Assembly: GCF_037042905.1 (NCBI RefSeq)
Contig: NC_087251.1
Coordinates: forward strand, 45,820,001 to 45,884,000
Source: Lytechinus pictus
Taxonomy: Eukaryota
DNA: 64,000 nucleotides
Reading direction: 5' to 3'
In this document: positions 63,101-64,000 of the stretch, piece after piece
Position numbering within the stretch: the first letter of the stretch is position 1
Layout: the number at the start of each line of letters is the position of its first letter
Translations under genes and position numbers: made by a program
The notes under the pieces: model-generated
Seen by the model: only the letters and a program-made list of their open reading frames with translations
Database searches by the model: none
What the model was told of the DNA's origin: nothing

Positions 63101-64000
63101 TTAGTCTAGTCTTCATTGCAGACATGGTATAATAAGTGTCGAATTACATCATACAGTCAAAGTGGGCAACTTTTGCGATTTGCGACCACTAATTCTGTAT
63201 GATGTAAAGGTATGCGTTTTGTGTTCAAATGCTTTACCATGATTACCGTGATGAAGCCCGAATTACCTACCATTGAATTTACAATAAAAACATACATTTC
63301 ACGCATTTTTTTTTGTATTTTTGTTAGGACATGTTTGAACTTCACTCTCATTATAATGTGAAACAAGGTTATTGCTGAAAATGTGGAATTGTAATTTGTA
63401 TAACCTATGATGAAGGGCTTCCTTATTGTCAAATGTACCAAACTTGAATGATATAATAGTGACTTGACATCATCGGATCTCTCATTTCAGTCATTTGTAT
63501 GTCTCTATCACCGTCATTGACAGGCAAATTCCTTATCTTACATCTAGTTCTGATGAAATTTTCAGCATTATGCTTGTTCGATTTTCTCTGTTTAGTCAAA
63601 TCTTATTTTGATAGGATGGACTTGAAATTTAATTCTTCAATTTTACCCATTCAGTTATATACAATATTTGTAATACTCTTTTGGCGAAGTACATGCTCAC
63701 ACAGTATGCCTGCATAATGTGTGAGCATGTACTTTCTGGGGATGTGATGTGTTATTTATTCTGAATTTGATTTGAGTTATTGGAAGTATAATGCCGTCGA
63801 TCTACATGTACATTGTATTCATGTAAACGTGATAAAGGTTGCCTTTCTTTTGGTGTAAGATTGCCTGAGAATGTGTTTTGTGTCTGGAAACTCAACCGAA
63901 TATAATTTATTTTGAAAAATCTTCGTGAAGTGAGTGACGTCATAGCTGAAAAAAACCAATGCAATCAGCACAGCGGACTCCAAATGGTCGAATTGCTTTC

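Overview
AT-rich, repeat-dense animal genomic DNA. Gene structure and repeat content suggest a marine invertebrate, probably a sea urchin, but this is inference. Two complete multi-exon genes could be reconstructed by hand with GT-AG junctions and consistent phases. (1) A betaine-homocysteine S-methyltransferase (BHMT) family gene on + (21996-31336; 8 coding exons; 377 aa) with divergent methyl-donor-site residues and no C-terminal helix. (2) An atypical protein kinase gene on - (42708-38534; 9 coding exons; 562 aa), which the ORF track shows only as fragments. It combines a coiled coil, a Pol II-CTD/Spt5-CTR-like STPDTAPYNP repeat and a compact kinase domain whose HRD motif reads MND, and its 3' flank recurs as a diverged direct repeat about 7 kb away. 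The rest is nested mobile DNA: a 4.6-kb Academ-like foldback element built from YY1-motif arrays, Kolobok-like, hAT-like, Harbinger-like and CACT-type MITEs, L1/Tx1 and L2/Crack LINE remnants, tRNA-derived SINEs, 18-51 bp micro-insertions with target-site duplications, and microsatellites. No prokaryotic features or CRISPR array were found. Transposon superfamily labels rest on termini and TSD length only.
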